A stretch of DNA of 64,000 bases, taken from assembly GCA_951406725.2 (NCBI GenBank), contig OX597832.1:32488001-32552000 (forward strand), read 5' to 3'. This document shows, piece by piece, positions 1-13,828 of the stretch; position 1 is the first letter of the stretch; each line of letters begins with the position of its first letter. The position numbers were made by a program, and so were the translations under genes. This stretch comes from Octopus vulgaris. Lineage: Eukaryota. Below the pieces are notes generated by a model. That model saw only the letters and a program-made list of their open reading frames with translations, was not told the DNA's origin and did no database searches.

Positions 1-7
1 TGGCAAG

Positions 8-169
8 TGGATTTTATCGGCCCTCTTTTGCAAGTGTACTTATTCTAACCTTGAAAAGGATGAAAGGAAAAGTCAACCTCGGTGGAATTTGAACTCATAA
101 CGTAAAGACAGACGAAATGACGCTAATCATTTCGCCCGGCGTGCTAACGATACTGGAAGTTCGCCCCTT
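8..169 (-). mobile_element. tRNA-derived SINE, family S1 (octopus-type)
   Basis: Reverse complement reads A-box-like ...atcgttagcacgccgggcgaaatg... and B-box-like gagttcaaattccaccgaggttgacttttcctttcatcc; same sequence recurs many times in the window. Confidence 0.8.
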
Positions 170-612
170 GAGACATCGGGTCTCTTCTTTGAGATCTTTG
201 AGTACGATTTACACCGATAACATCCCTGGTATCATCATTGTTTGGCGAAGATCAAATAAAATATATCTCCTGTATTGGGAGTTATTATTTCATTACACAT
301 CTTTTCTCTTCCTTCCAAATATAAATGTATGCACTCTGGACTCTAGAGAGATGTGGCACCACAAGCTCTAATACACGCGTAGACGCAAAAACAGGGCATT
401 CCCAAGAGACCCACTACCATTTAACAGGAGTTAAGTAATTAACGAATGTATATGTGTGTGCGTGTGTAATGTGTGTGTTTGCGTGTGTGCGTGTGTGTGT
501 ATGTGTATGTGTGTGTGTATGTGTGTGTGTGAATGTGTGTGTGTGCGTGTAATTAGTAGAGTTATGTAGCGGAAATATATCATTAGTTATTAGTTCCTAT
601 GTCAGTTTCGTG

Positions 613-780
613 TACGCTCATAGCTCAGTGGTTAGAGCGTCGGGCTCACCATCACAATATAGTGAGCTCGAGTCCCCGACCGGACTGTTTTGTTCTTGAG
701 CAAGACACATTATTTCACGTTGATCCAGTTCACTCACCCGTAGAAATGAGATTCAACGTCACTGGTGCCAAGCTGTACTT
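613..780 (+). mobile_element. tRNA-derived SINE head plus central domain (family S2)
   Basis: tagctcagtggttagagc (A box), gagctcgagtccc (degenerate B box), then ttcttgagcaagacacattatttcacgttgatccagttcactca body; no tRNA acceptor stem. Confidence 0.75.
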
Positions 781-783
781 TCC

Positions 784-854
<71 letters not shown>

Positions 855-878
855 ATATATATATGAATTTGTGTGCGA

Positions 879-909
<31 letters not shown>

Positions 910-999
910 AATTGATATATATATATATATACAACTTAGATATCTCAGATTGGATTCGGCCATTGTCAGCCCATGTCATGACAAACTCAATAGCAACAC

Positions 1000-2197
1000 C
1001 TAGGAAAGTCTTTTAGTTAGTTATTTCGTGATATTATGGCCCACTTAAGCAGAGAATCGTTGTCAGTTGAGACGTATCCAGGTGTAGGTGGTTTATCCGG
1101 TATTTCCTGGAGGAATTTGTCCAAGTAACGTTTGAAAGTTGTGGGGTATTTTTCTACTTTAATTTCACTCAGGATATCACTGAAAAGAACATGACTTTTG
1201 CAGTGAAGAAATTGTGTCGCAATGTTCTTATATGACGTGATCTCGATCTTTGAAGGGGACGCATTGCACAGAAGCCTAGTCTTGGGTGAATTGTAAACAT
1301 AATGCCGATAGCGTGTGGATAATATTGATGGAATCTGTCCCACATGGTGCAAATAACGTATCTCTCACGGCGGTATTTCAGAGAATGGAGCTTCAGCTGT
1401 TTATGTTGAGCCCAATTATCAAGTCCTATTATGCCATATATTTTTTTTTGTTATTGATATTTATGGTGCTTCGATCTCCATTGTCTTTTTTTTGTAGGAG
1501 ACCTGAATGTGCAGCAGTATTCGTGGTGGGGCCTAGCAAATGCGGAGAAGAGAGGGATGATGGTTTCATGATCCCGGGATTGAAAAGTTCTGAGGATCCA
1601 TGAGAACATTCTGCGGGCAACATCAACTTTTTTGTTGATGTGCACACTCCAGCTAAGGTTGCTGTCGACAGTTACACCTAAGTTCCTGATATTAACCGAC
1701 GGTTCAAGTAGGTCTCCCGACGGTAGTGTATATGGTTGTTTGAGTGTGCCCCCTTTTCCAAAGTGGATGAGCACAGATTTTTCTTTGTTCAACTGCATAT
1801 TCATTTTTTGTGTCCACTGGGTTAGTGCTCAGAGATCCGATTGAAGCATGGTTTGATCATAAGCTCCCTTAATGACTTTCTGGAGCTTAGAATCATCTGC
1901 AATTATTTTAATGGTGCTATGTTCAATGGAATCTGCAATGTCATTGATATAGACAATAAAAAGAAGTGGACCCAGCACAGTAGTCTGTGGGACTCCACTG
2001 ACGATTTTTTCTGGTCTTGAATAGATGCCATCAACCACAACATCCTGGGTCCTGTATGTTAGGATACACATAATCCATTGAAGTAGCTTTCTACCGACTC
2101 CAGCGTTGGGTAGTTTCTTTAACAGTATATTGTGGTCGACTCTATCAAAGTCCTTGCTGAAATCAAGGTATATGTCATCGGCGTTGGAGCCCTCATT
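1000..2197 (-). mobile_element. 5'-truncated, frameshifted CR1/L2-group LINE (RT and C-terminal region)
   Basis: Consecutive minus ORFs give YLDFSKDFDRVDH, SGVPQTTVLGPLLFIVYIND, IADDSKL, NMQLNKEKS, IRNLGVTVDSNLSWSVHI, RPHHEYC, FKRYLDKFLQEIPDKP: RT motifs and the typical CR1-group tail. Confidence 0.93.
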
Positions 2198-3305
2198 TAT
2201 ATGTAAATAAGATATATATATATACATATGATAAGAACTGTTATATAATCCTAGTGCGAGGTTTGTGTGCAATGTAGTAGTTGTTGTAGGGACTAATTTG
2301 TAAAGTGATGAACGATGTTAAGATCGTAACAGTGTTGTTAAGGTTCGCGATTTTGATAATATAAAAGGAAAAAAATATTCTGCAAGTTATTTGATGTATA
2401 TCCCTAGCTGCGTGATATGTTCTGGGGAATCTTATTCAGGTGCGTGTTTCTTCTCTGTTTTAGGATTTTGAATTTTAAAGTGAATAATATAGGAGGATAT
2501 CAGCATGATACTTTTTTTAATATCACCTAATCTTCGAGAGAAAATTAAATAAATAACGAACTTACACGCAGAAGAAGACGACGAGGTAAAAAGGCGATGA
2601 AGAAGATGAAGATAATTTTAATATCAAATCTCAGGAATTGATTAGTCTTTCTTCAATCATGTTGTGTACTGTTTTTTCTCTTCGTCCTTCAGTTTCTGCA
2701 ATAAATAATTGTAAAATGAAATAAATACATAAATAAAGAATAAATTGTAATGTCAACTATCTCAGAGAAGGCAGCAAACAAATTGAAAAAGAAAACTAGA
2801 ACTAACAATTTTCATGCAAAAACAATGCCGGCAAAAAAACACAAACGATGATATTATCATGATGGAAAGAAAGAAAGAATAAAATTAATTCCAAAAAATA
2901 GGATGCTGGTTGATTGGAACTGTGGGAAGCCGTTATATTCCCTCAATAATTTGGCTTTATATTGATGAAAAGCATTGTCTAATTCAGCTGGTGGATATGA
3001 TAGTTAGCTTCCTGCTGCGTTGCTTGATTAGAAAATAATTCGGGAGAAAAGTGTCACGTGTTTCGGCGTGAATATCTCGTTAAGTAATAAAACATGTTTA
3101 CCTGATTGGATGGCGTGTAGCTGTTATTTTTGTGAGTGGTGATAGTTGGAGTGATGATGGCGGCGGTGGTGGTGGTTGTGTCAGTTGGAGATTTGTCTAG
3201 CAAGAACATTAAACAAATAACGTTATTATATTACTTGGAAAAATTCTATTGAAATCTAATTAAAACTGCCAACAGGGCTAGTACCTACAGCGACGCCTTT
3301 TTAGA

Positions 3306-3336
<31 letters not shown>

Positions 3337-3395
3337 TACAAGCATACTTGAGCATACATACTCAGTCAAATATATATATATATATACAGACACGT

Positions 3396-3438
<43 letters not shown>

Positions 3439-3564
3439 TATATATATATATGTATATGTATACATGTATATATGGGTGTGTGTGTGTCTGTGGGTGGGTG
3501 AGAGAGAAAAAGAGAGGAATAATTTGCTAGATATAAAGGTTTGTGTAAAAATGCACGAAAGAAG

Positions 3565-3705
3565 GTAGCCTATGGGTTAGCTTTTTAATTTAACTCGCGT
3601 AAAATAGAGAGTTCGATTCCCGTAGCTAGCGGCTCGGTGTGTCCTTGACCGTGGCACTTTATTGCACTTTCGTTCTCTCCACGCACCAGAACAACTAGTA
3701 ATGCC
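3565..3705 (+). mobile_element. Degraded SINE (S2-like)
   Basis: gagttcgattccc B box followed by gtgtccttgaccgtggcactttattgcac, similar to 613-780. Confidence 0.55.
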
Positions 3706-4649
3706 TAGTGTCTGTACTCTCTTTTATCGAGATGAATAAATAAAGTACTAATTCTGTACTTTGGCCGTTTTCTTTTTGCCTCTCTCACGTTCATTGTGTC
3801 TTTCTGAGATAATGTCGCCATGATGAAACCTGTAGAGAGATCAGCTCCAGCAGACAATAATACGCCGTGTGTGTCAACTGTGACAGTAGGATTTTATGAA
3901 GAAGTGAAGCCCTCAAGGCAAAATAAAGCAATAAAAGACAAGTCTATCGCTTCAACGTAAAATATCTGATGGCAATAATGTACACGAGGGTCTAAGAGCT
4001 TTTCAAATGTTTCATTTCCCGTTTTATTTGTAAACCACAACTTTTATTTGAATTTCTTTACCTTATTCAATTCTGAAACATAAATTATCGACCACGTGTG
4101 AGATTAGCCGAGAGAAGTTAATTTTCCTGTGTAGCTCTTATTATATAAAGTTTTCATTCCGTATATACTTCGAAGACATCGCGCTAATTAACTAAGACCC
4201 CGTAAGAAACAAAGTTATATCGAGTTTACAAGCCCCAAGTTAGCCGTTAAATAGATAATTAATTTGTAATTAATCAAGAACTATGTGAAATTACATTTGT
4301 CTGTATTAAAGTCTGAAGAAATTAGTAAATGAAGATGATACAAAATCGAAGAAAATGGCAATCAGGAAAAGGAATGAAATAAGTTTGTCTGATGTGGCTG
4401 TTATTCCCAGAAGCCTTAGAATATTGTAAATAAATGGAGACGGATTCATGGCAAGTTTCAAAGCGTTTTATAGAATACATTCTTTTAGGTATTAGAAAAA
4501 TAAAAGGAATCAGTATTCGTAATATTAGCGGTTATTTATCGACGCATTAATGCGGATAAATTGAGTGAGTTGATATTGATACGCTTTCGGTGATCAAAGT
4601 TATCTGGCAACGGGTGATCGATCCTATTGATTTTCTTTGGGAGAATAAA

Positions 4650-4800
4650 TAGCGAATTACATCAACCCTGTATGCGACTGGTACTTTATAGATGATGAAA
4701 GGCGAGTCCAATCATAGCTTTTGAAATGAGAACTTAAAAAGGATCGTATAATGAAATAGCTGGCAATCCGTCCTGCTGTTTGAACATTATCAGTTACTAA
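4650..4800 (-). mobile_element. Highly degraded S1 SINE
   Basis: gcgactggtacttta...gatgaaaggcgagtc...tttgaaatgagaac resembles other minus-strand S1 copies. Confidence 0.45.
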
Positions 4801-5141
4801 ATGTTTTCAACATCACAAATCTCTCGTAATGAATATAGATTAAGACAAGAAATATATTATCATTTGATGCTAATCCACGACAGGTTTCTATCAATGCAGA
4901 TATATCTTGGAAACGAAGGTGAGCTTGTGTTTGGTAACAGCGAAATAAGAAAGATGTTAAGAATGGGGCAGGAGTGAATTGGAAATTTTATATAATCAAA
5001 AGGTTTATATACATAAAGGATTACATACACACACACACACACACACACCGACATAAATTTTACTCGATAGGCAGGCAGTTTCGTTCCTACAATACAATAT
5101 TTCGACAACTATCTTCTGTTTTATTACTAAAATTATTATCA

Positions 5142-5174
<33 letters not shown>

Positions 5175-5191
5175 GTATTAGTATTATTATT

Positions 5192-5363
5192 GAGTGACAG
5201 AGCAGTGCATGCCACCATAGTGACACTGGGGTACAATTATACGAAGCCCAATCTACCCATCATGGCTACCCGTCTGATAAGTGTACACCAGGTACTTGCA
5301 TCACAACCATATGTGCATGACATGGTGAACTCATCTCAAGTTAAACAGCGCACGACCTTGTAG
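5192..5363 (-). mobile_element. Element A copy 1 (older, truncated), abutting (ATT)n
   Basis: gagtgacagagcagtgcatgccaccatagtgacactgggg...gaccttgtag aligns to 13829- and 16308-; same left boundary after (att)n. Strand inferred from truncation pattern. Confidence 0.8.
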
Positions 5364-5830
5364 AAACTTTCTTCGTGCCATGTTCATTGTGCAGAATATT
5401 CTCGGCCCTCTCACACGATATACTAATATCTTTGGCAGTTTGATTTATAGTCAATTGCCAGTCATCCATCCGTATAGACATTTGGCCATCTTCAAACCGC
5501 ACTATTCCCCTCCTAAGTTCAGATGCTCACCATTGCACAGCTGATAAAGCTGAAGCGTCATCCCCTAATGTAGTAACCGTGTCTTCATGACAATCGTTAA
5601 GTGCTAGACCATTTTTCTGCAGGTACATGATAACATCACGATGAAAAACTTGTCCATTTTCCAGAGAAGTCACAACAAAGTACATTGAAACTTCTTTGAA
5701 CAATTAGATACCAGTTTGGCTGGATAGAAACAATGCAGTCTTGAATAAAAGAATTTGAAATAAATGCATGCAAGATTTCACAGCCTTAGCATCAAACCTT
5801 CATACTCAACATTTTGAACATTTCAGCCAA
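5364..5830 (-). mobile_element. mariner transposase remnant (5' part)
   Basis: Minus translation with frameshifts: MDK..HRDVIMYLQKNGL..DCHEDTVTTLGDDASALSAVQW*ASELRRG..FEDG / MDDWQLTINQTAKDISISCERAENILHNEHGTKKVS, matching mariner N-terminal HTH domains. Confidence 0.75.
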
Positions 5831-5855
5831 GTACGGTATTGGCATCCACTCTTTT

Positions 5856-6004
5856 TGTCAAATAAATTTTAATGGTCATTTATATACATCCATAGATACA
5901 TACATACATACATACATACATGCATGTCAAATAAATTTTAAATAAATTTTAATGGTCATTTATATACATCCATAGATACATACATACATACATACATACA
6001 TGCA
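5856..6004. repeat. Local tandem duplication (~70-80 bp) running into (CATA)n
   Basis: tgtcaaataaattttaatggtcatttatatacatccatagatacatac occurs twice; the second copy has an extra 11-bp slip. Confidence 0.9.
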
Positions 6005-6298
6005 TGCATGCATGCATGCATACATACATACATACATACATACATACATACATACATACATACATGCATGCTTGCATACATACATACTTACATACATACA
6101 TACATACATGCATGCATACATACATACATACATACATACATACATACATAGAAACAAAAATACTCTATTGATGTTGAAATGCCAACGATGGAACCTTGCA
6201 TCTAGGTTAGAAACCGGCTCTTTCTCAATTGGCAAGAAATCTTGAAATGAAATTGAACAATGACACATATACAGACACAGACACAGACACACAGGCGG

Positions 6299-6330
<32 letters not shown>

Positions 6331-6341
6331 GTTTTTATATA

Positions 6342-6381
<40 letters not shown>

Positions 6382-7274
6382 ATGATACCTTGTCACCACT
6401 TGCAAAAAGATGATTGTCCTGCTGACGGCGTTAATTCTAAGTAGTCCATTAATTCATACATATCCGTCATTAGCAGAAACTAAATGACTCGCAGCTGACT
6501 TGCATTGCCTCTTTAAACAAATGACTTTTGAGCTCCCATCAGCGGGAATATGTCGCTCAATCTAAGCAGACGCAAATTCCAGGCCTATTAACACAGTAAG
6601 TTCCGACCCACGCATCATCAAGCTAAAACTTACTGCGTTAAATTTACGATTCTTTTCAGGATTGCAAATGAAGTAACAGATATAAACACATGTGAATTAA
6701 TACATATACAGCTCACTAACCTTAACTCCCCCCCACACACACACAAATACACTCACAAACACACACACACACAAGCACACTCACACGCATATATATATTC
6801 AAATTTGATTTCTATTATAATTATTTGTTTGACAAATAACTATCACACCGCTATTTAGATTGCATTCTCACTGACTTTGATTAATTATAGGCATATTTCC
6901 AGACATGAAAAATGCCTAAAAGCTATTCTTTAATATATAATTACTTATGATTTCCGTGATTAACTTATCACTGCATTCTGCGAAAATTCCGCTGAATAAG
7001 TGTTGTTTAATTTTCAATAGATTCAAAATGACAACAGCCCAAGAGGACATCGTGACTGTCACATGTTCTAAACAACTGTTTAAACCTCCAAAACCGAAAC
7101 GAAGAGTTGTAATTGACGAAAACATTCTATAAATAGGTTATCACGTGGTAAAATATTTACTTATAAATACCAACCGTGACAAACACAACTCCGAATTCAC
7201 GACCATGTAACTATATATGTTCAACCATAGCATGATGTAATATAATTTCAAGATTTGGCTCAAGGTGAGGGTTC

Positions 7275-7440
7275 TGTTGATAATATCCACCCCGTTGTTA
7301 AACTAGAAGTTATTTTATCAACTCAAAAACAGATGAACGGCGAAGTCAACCTCGGCGGAATTCGAACGCTGACCATAAAGACAGAGGAAATACTGCTAGG
7401 CATTTTGCTTTGCATTTTAGCGATTCTGGTGGCTCTGTGT
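7275..7440 (-). mobile_element. S1 SINE copy
   Basis: gatgaacggcgaagtcaacctcggcggaattcgaacgctgaccataaagacagaggaaatactgctaggcattttg. Confidence 0.75.
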
Positions 7441-7724
7441 GCTGACGTGGTGCAATTTTTGTTTCAATATCTTTTGTTTGGCACAGGGAAAATGCCACTT
7501 GTATTTAAACACTATGCAAATATTCTTTTCAAAACATTTTTAATTTTCAAAACTCTTTTAATTTTTCCAAACTTTAATTGTTTTCCATACTTACATTTGG
7601 AAAAATCTCAATGACTGAAACCGGTACTGAAAGGTTTTTTATAAAAATACTTTAGCATTTTCTACCTTGACTTTTTTCCCCGTATATATCAACTCGTGTG
7701 TTCCTTTTCAAAGTTCTACATATA

Positions 7725-7760
<36 letters not shown>

Positions 7761-7804
7761 TGTATGTATGTATGTATGTATGTATGTATGTTTGTATGTA
7801 CATA

Positions 7805-7856
<52 letters not shown>

Positions 7857-7899
7857 TGTATGTATATATATGGGTTTGGAAGGAGATATATCATCGAAG

Positions 7900-8430
7900 C
7901 GGATTACATTTCTGAGGTAATTTCGATAGAAAGCTACCGAATCACTTCAAACCTTTTAACGTTAGAAAAATAGATGAATAATACCATCAAACTAATCTGG
8001 CCAATTAAAGACAGGACACACAGCAATATTATAGAACGGGACAAAATCAGTACAGATAGAGCCTACCGGACAGAGGTAAATAGGTGTGTCGTATTTGTAG
8101 AAGGATTATACAAAATATTTACATTGAAAAATACATTGCTTAATACAAGACTTGAAAAGGCCTAAGGACTTACACAAACAGCAAATCTTTTAAAAAGTCT
8201 AAAGAAATAATCCTTGCCCTACCCACATTTGAGAGTGGAAGGATGAATAGAAGAACGTATCCTAAATCCCAAAATTCGTGGCAATCCTTAATAAACCCAG
8301 CACTCTATCCAATGTATACCGCAAAACCTAATCGTCACAGACAAGAAAATGATTCTATGAACAAGTAAAAACATTACACTCTAATCACTACACATGAAAA
8401 TAAATCTACAGCATACCCAACCACTAAAAA
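7900..8430 (+). mobile_element. Penelope-like element remnant (GIY-YIG endonuclease C-terminus and 3' region)
   Basis: ORF 7974-8165 KLIWPIKD..NIIER..RAYRTEVNRCVVFVEGLYKIFTLKNTLLNTRLE resembles the PLE motif SxxIWxLK..W.I...AY...RCxLCxxE..I...LLNxRxE. Confidence 0.6.
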
Positions 8431-8437
8431 AAGGAGC

Positions 8438-8655
8438 ACTCCGTCGATTACGACGATGAGGGCCCCAGCTGATACGATCAACGGAATAGCTTGTTCGTGA
8501 AATTAACGTGCATGTGGATGAGCACTCCACAGACACGAGTACCCTTATCGTAGTTCTCAAGGAGATTCAGGGTGACACAAAGTGTGAAGAGAGTGGCTCT
8601 TTGAAATACAGGTACTACTCATTTTTTCCACATGAGTGCAATGGAGCAAGGCACA
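8438..8655 (-). mobile_element. SINE 3' body (related to 54340-54670)
   Basis: ctccgtcgattacgacgatgagggcc...gagcactccacagacacg...tacaggtactactcattttt...gagtgcaatggagcaa; last part is complementary to the S2 central domain. Confidence 0.65.
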
Positions 8656-8722
8656 AATAGAACAACTGCAAAAAAAAAACAAAACGTACAGATAACTAAA
8701 AGCAACTAAGACGAGACCATTT

Positions 8723-8780
8723 AAGGCGACGAGCCGGCAACATGGTTAGCACGCCGGGCTAAATGCTTAGCATCACTTCC
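8723..8780 (+). mobile_element. S1 SINE head fragment
   Basis: aaggcgacgagccggcaacatggttagcacgccgggctaaatgcttagc. Confidence 0.7.
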
Positions 8781-8887
8781 TCATATATTTGTATATATAT
8801 ACATATTCTTACGTATGTGCATATATATGTATATATTAATGGATACATATTTACACATATATACATATATACATACTACACAAACAA

Positions 8888-8926
<39 letters not shown>

Positions 8927-9351
8927 GTTATGTATACCTACATTCAAATTGCATCACTATAAGTTCTCAGTTTTTTTGAAATGTATGAAAGAAGACTTGG
9001 TTTACGCATATGTGAGTCGCACACATTTGTCCTTTAGAAAAGAGACAAAGTTTGAGAGGCGTGTGTTGGCAGGTACCCGCTGAGTTCGCTCTATCTCTCC
9101 CTAACTCTTCTTATTATTTCTCTGCTTAACATTCTTAGTGTTTTTAATAAGTATATTTAGTCACCCGGCGTGAAGTCTATGTTTTTTCGGTGAACGATAT
9201 AATGTTTATATAATATAATGCCTTTTCAGAAGGTGGAGTGGTGTCACGCTTAATTATATCATATTCTAGATTCGACAATGTGCCTGTGAAAATAAATCCA
9301 TCCACACTTCTATGTCAACCGAAACCTTAAAATCGTGACTCACTCTGTGCA

Positions 9352-9352
<1 letters not shown>

Positions 9353-9437
<85 letters not shown>

Positions 9438-9493
9438 TATATTAATAATAATAACAACAACAACAACAACAATAATAATAATGATAATAATAA
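9353..9493. repeat. (TAA)n/(CAA)n microsatellite
   Basis: Direct reading. Confidence 0.95.
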
Positions 9494-9597
9494 ACCCTAT
9501 CGGTTTTCTGGCCTATTAAATATGACTGCATATAAGCAAAAGCGTCCTGGAATTAACAGATGTTTCGTCTAAAATAAATATATCGCAGAAATGAATA

Positions 9598-9628
<31 letters not shown>

Positions 9629-9646
9629 ACATACACATACACGCAC

Positions 9647-9683
<37 letters not shown>

Positions 9684-9813
9684 AACACACGCAAATTCGT
9701 ACATACGTATAATTATATCTATCTATCTATATATATATATATATATATATCTACCTCTTTATAGATATATAAGTATATAAACATAATTACACACAAACAT
9801 ACACAGACACACT

Positions 9814-9848
<35 letters not shown>

Positions 9849-9889
9849 ATAAATGTGTGTGGTGCAGTTTACTCCATGACAGGATGTTG

Positions 9890-10100
9890 ACATCCCTATA
9901 AACTTTAGCATCTAAAGAAATGTCATACGCCATTTACACTAAGAGACGGATCGATCAATTTGTAACTCATCTTTCCTAACAGACCAATACAAATGGTTTG
10001 ATGATATCAATAGGACGATTACATTTGCAGAGTTTAAAATGTTCTTCGGGTTTCTGGTTTTGAAGGACGCGTAGTAATAGTCTTTCAGAATACAAAGACA
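9890..10100 (+). mobile_element. Probable piggyBac transposase fragment
   Basis: Frameshifted peptides DQFVTHLS*QTNTNG / ITFAEFKMFFGFLVLK / SLSEYKD resemble piggyBac ..I.EQTNLYA..T..E.K.F.G.LI..G..LP.YKDYW. Confidence 0.45.
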
Positions 10101-10975
10101 CTTTATGTTATAATGATATACACATTACAAATTAGTGTAGTATACAACATACCCGCATGTAGGCATATATACATATATGTGTATGTGTGATTGTGTGTGC
10201 GTATATATCTGTGTGTATATGTAGGGTGTATATCAATATATATGTGTGTGTTTATACTCACATATCTCTCTCCATCTCTCTCTGTATTTATATATATATA
10301 TAGAAAAAGATAGATAGATAAGGCAAACGGCAAATTGGTCTTACTAGAGAAGGACCCGGGTTAAAATATCACAATGGAATTGGAGGTAAAAAAGAAAACC
10401 AAATGAAAATTCTTAATTTCCTGTCATGTACAGAGGAAAATTCTTCGGTGCCATGGCCAGCAAGATTATACGTCCATTGGAACCAAAAAAGAAAAGAAAA
10501 AATTAAAGAAAAGTGATACACTAAAAATGACAAGAAAAGGCAAAAACATTCTTTGTTCATACGAGTATCGTTTTTTGTATTATAATCTTCAATAATTTTA
10601 TTCGGCTGAGAAAAAATTTTAAAAATTGGTTTGTGCAAGTCCCAAGACATTTTCTGAGAAATAACCAGTCTTTTCTCTAATTGAATATGTTGTATAAAAT
10701 GGTGGAATATCATAGTTCTTGGAATCTTACAAAATCCTTTTTTTTATATATATATAAAATTATGTTGGATAACTTGATGAGAGGTAATGATAAAATTACA
10801 CATCGTCATCATGAAAGAATTTCCTCCTATTATATATATACGCATTCATTTTCCTTTCTTTTTATTTTTTGTCATTCTTGCTTTATACTTCTTTTACTGA
10901 GTATAATACATACACAAAAAAACAAGGCTTGGTGGGGGAGTATTGAAACTTACCAAAAACTGATGAAATATATAT

Positions 10976-11018
<43 letters not shown>

Positions 11019-11426
11019 GGTGTGTTCCTGAATATATAAGTAGTTCCAGGAATGTGAGCCTTATGAAGAACTTAAACAGAATATCAAAGAATCGCGGGGA
11101 AATTTGTGCAATGAAAATGAAAAAGAAAAAATGACGGAAGAGGAAGGAAAACAGGATTGATATGAATGAAAAGACAAAATCAAAGAAGAAAATGAGTCCA
11201 CAGAGATATAAATAACGAAAGAAAAAAAGTTGATGTGACATAAAAAACGACGATTTACTTATATTGAAGCAGTTTTGGAAAAAAAAAATACGATCCGTTC
11301 CGTATCAACTGAGAGCATTGTGATGCAACGCGTTTGCAAACTTACAATGTGCCTGTATATCTATATACATAGATAAAAACACACAGACACACACATATGT
11401 ATATATATATATACATGTGTGTATGC

Positions 11427-11462
<36 letters not shown>

Positions 11463-11475
11463 GTGTGTATATATG

Positions 11476-11509
<34 letters not shown>

Positions 11510-11522
11510 TGTATACATATAA

Positions 11523-11610
<88 letters not shown>

Positions 11611-12694
11611 TATATATAGATTCTAACCGAAGTAAGGAATAAGAAATAAGGCAATATGTAGTTTATCACGTAGAGGAAAAAAAGTCTATAATCTCTATCA
11701 CTTGTTCCTGTACAAGAAACACGAAAATGACTAAGAAAAATTGAAGAAAAAATAATAAGAAAATCTAAGCAAATCAAAGACAGAATCGATGAATTACAGC
11801 CTTACCATTCTTTTTCGTCATTCTTCATGACAATACAACAATTATTGCATTTAAAATGCACGGTGAGCACGATACGGATGTTCTGGAAACGTATTCTGTT
11901 ACCTAATGTAATCACAATACGGATTGCCAGATTGCTATGGAAATATATTTTAGATACATTACAAAAAATACCAAAAAATTTGGAAATTTATGCTTTCTTA
12001 ATATGCTAATAGAAGTCCCTTTCTTTCGGTGTTAAATGAGAGGATTTGCAGAAGGAAACCTGTAATTCTCTGCAAAAGCGTTCAACTGTGATCAGGTGCC
12101 GATTTTTTGACAGAATCATACATAATTATGTATTCACGGGAAACTGAGTATCTATACTGCGTACATCACAGCATAACATGTAGTTATCTCCATGTGATAT
12201 GTCAGTCGCGATGTACGTCGGCCTGTCTGTTTGTCTGTTTGGTTATATTGGCTAGCGGGGTACTGGAGAGCAAACCAAATCGGTCTCTAATACTTTCGCT
12301 ATACGCATTTAAGTACACGCCTCTTTCTTTCACATTATACATACATACGTACACATACACACACACACACAAATATGTATATATATATAGTGCATGTATG
12401 TATACACACACATGTATATATATATATATGTATATATAGGTATGTATGTATATATATATATATATATATACATATATACATACACATGTATACATACACA
12501 TATATACATATACACATACTAATAACAGCGTATGCACATGTATACAATTTACGTGTATGTGTTCACATATGAATGTGAGTATGCCTAGATTGGTATTTAT
12601 ATGCATATACAAATACATATAAAGTATGTGTGTGTGTGTTTGTGCATCTATATATATACATATACAAACATATTTACAATATACAGACGCATGT

Positions 12695-12728
<34 letters not shown>

Positions 12729-13761
12729 CATAAGCATGGATTTATATGCATGACAAATGCACACATATACATAGATATATATGTAGGTAGATTGTTTGCC
12801 TGATTCCAATGTAGTGTGTTTGTTGCATCATGTTCTTCATTATCATCAACATCATCATCACCACCTCCACCCTCACCACTGCACCACCATCATCATTATT
12901 ATTATAATCGTCAATATCCTCACGCCACCTGCCCACCACCACAAACAGCCAGAATAACACGGCTGCATTAATTATTGCAGGAATCATGCAACATCCATGA
13001 AATCGCATGTCATAATTAGAACAAGTGTCATAGATAGCCAATGGCGATTGCAGCACTGAAAAAAAAAACATGGGATTCTTTAACGAATCGAAGACATCAT
13101 TAGAACACTAACATATCATTCTTGCACGAGCCGTTAGATTCACAAGATGTCATTCCAATTAAGGGACGAAGAAATTCCAAGAATATTTCAGGAGAAGCAA
13201 GAAAACTGCCAAATTCACATTTTATAAACAGACAGAAGCAAACAAGATTCTTAAACTTAGCATTTCTCCCCCCCCCCCCGCCGCTCCTCTCGCTTTCCCG
13301 ATTCTCTTTCATTTTCTCTTGTCTTTTTGATATTTTTTTCCTGAAATATGAATTATTGAAAATGTGACAAATTTTGTGTTTCTTGCGCATGTGTTAGCGT
13401 AGGTAAAATGCAAGGCGATATGATTGCAGCAGCATTAAAAAGTTTATATATGATACGCATTGAATTCTTTCCCGTCAATTTGTGCATGTAAGAGTTTGCA
13501 TAGTCATGCATATAAACGCTTATTATACGAACACGAATACATGCAGATGCAGCGAGAGAGAAATACTAGGAAAAACCTAAGAGGGGCTTCGAAGAGTCGA
13601 TTTCTCCACTTGCCCCTTTTACACACACACATATATATATATAGCAAGAGAGAGAGAGAGAGAGAGATAGGTATAGCAATATGCATTTATATACTCTATA
13701 TCTATATGTCTATTCTCTCCCTATATATACGTATATTTATGCATATTATTATTATTATTAC

Positions 13762-13828
<67 letters not shown>

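Noticed and set aside
613-690. tRNA gene
   Set aside because: A/B boxes present but no closing acceptor stem, and it continues into a SINE body.
3808-3840. Hammerhead-like ctgagataatg...catgatgaaacctgta
   Set aside because: Core lacks a nucleotide (CUGAGA) and stems I-III pair poorly.
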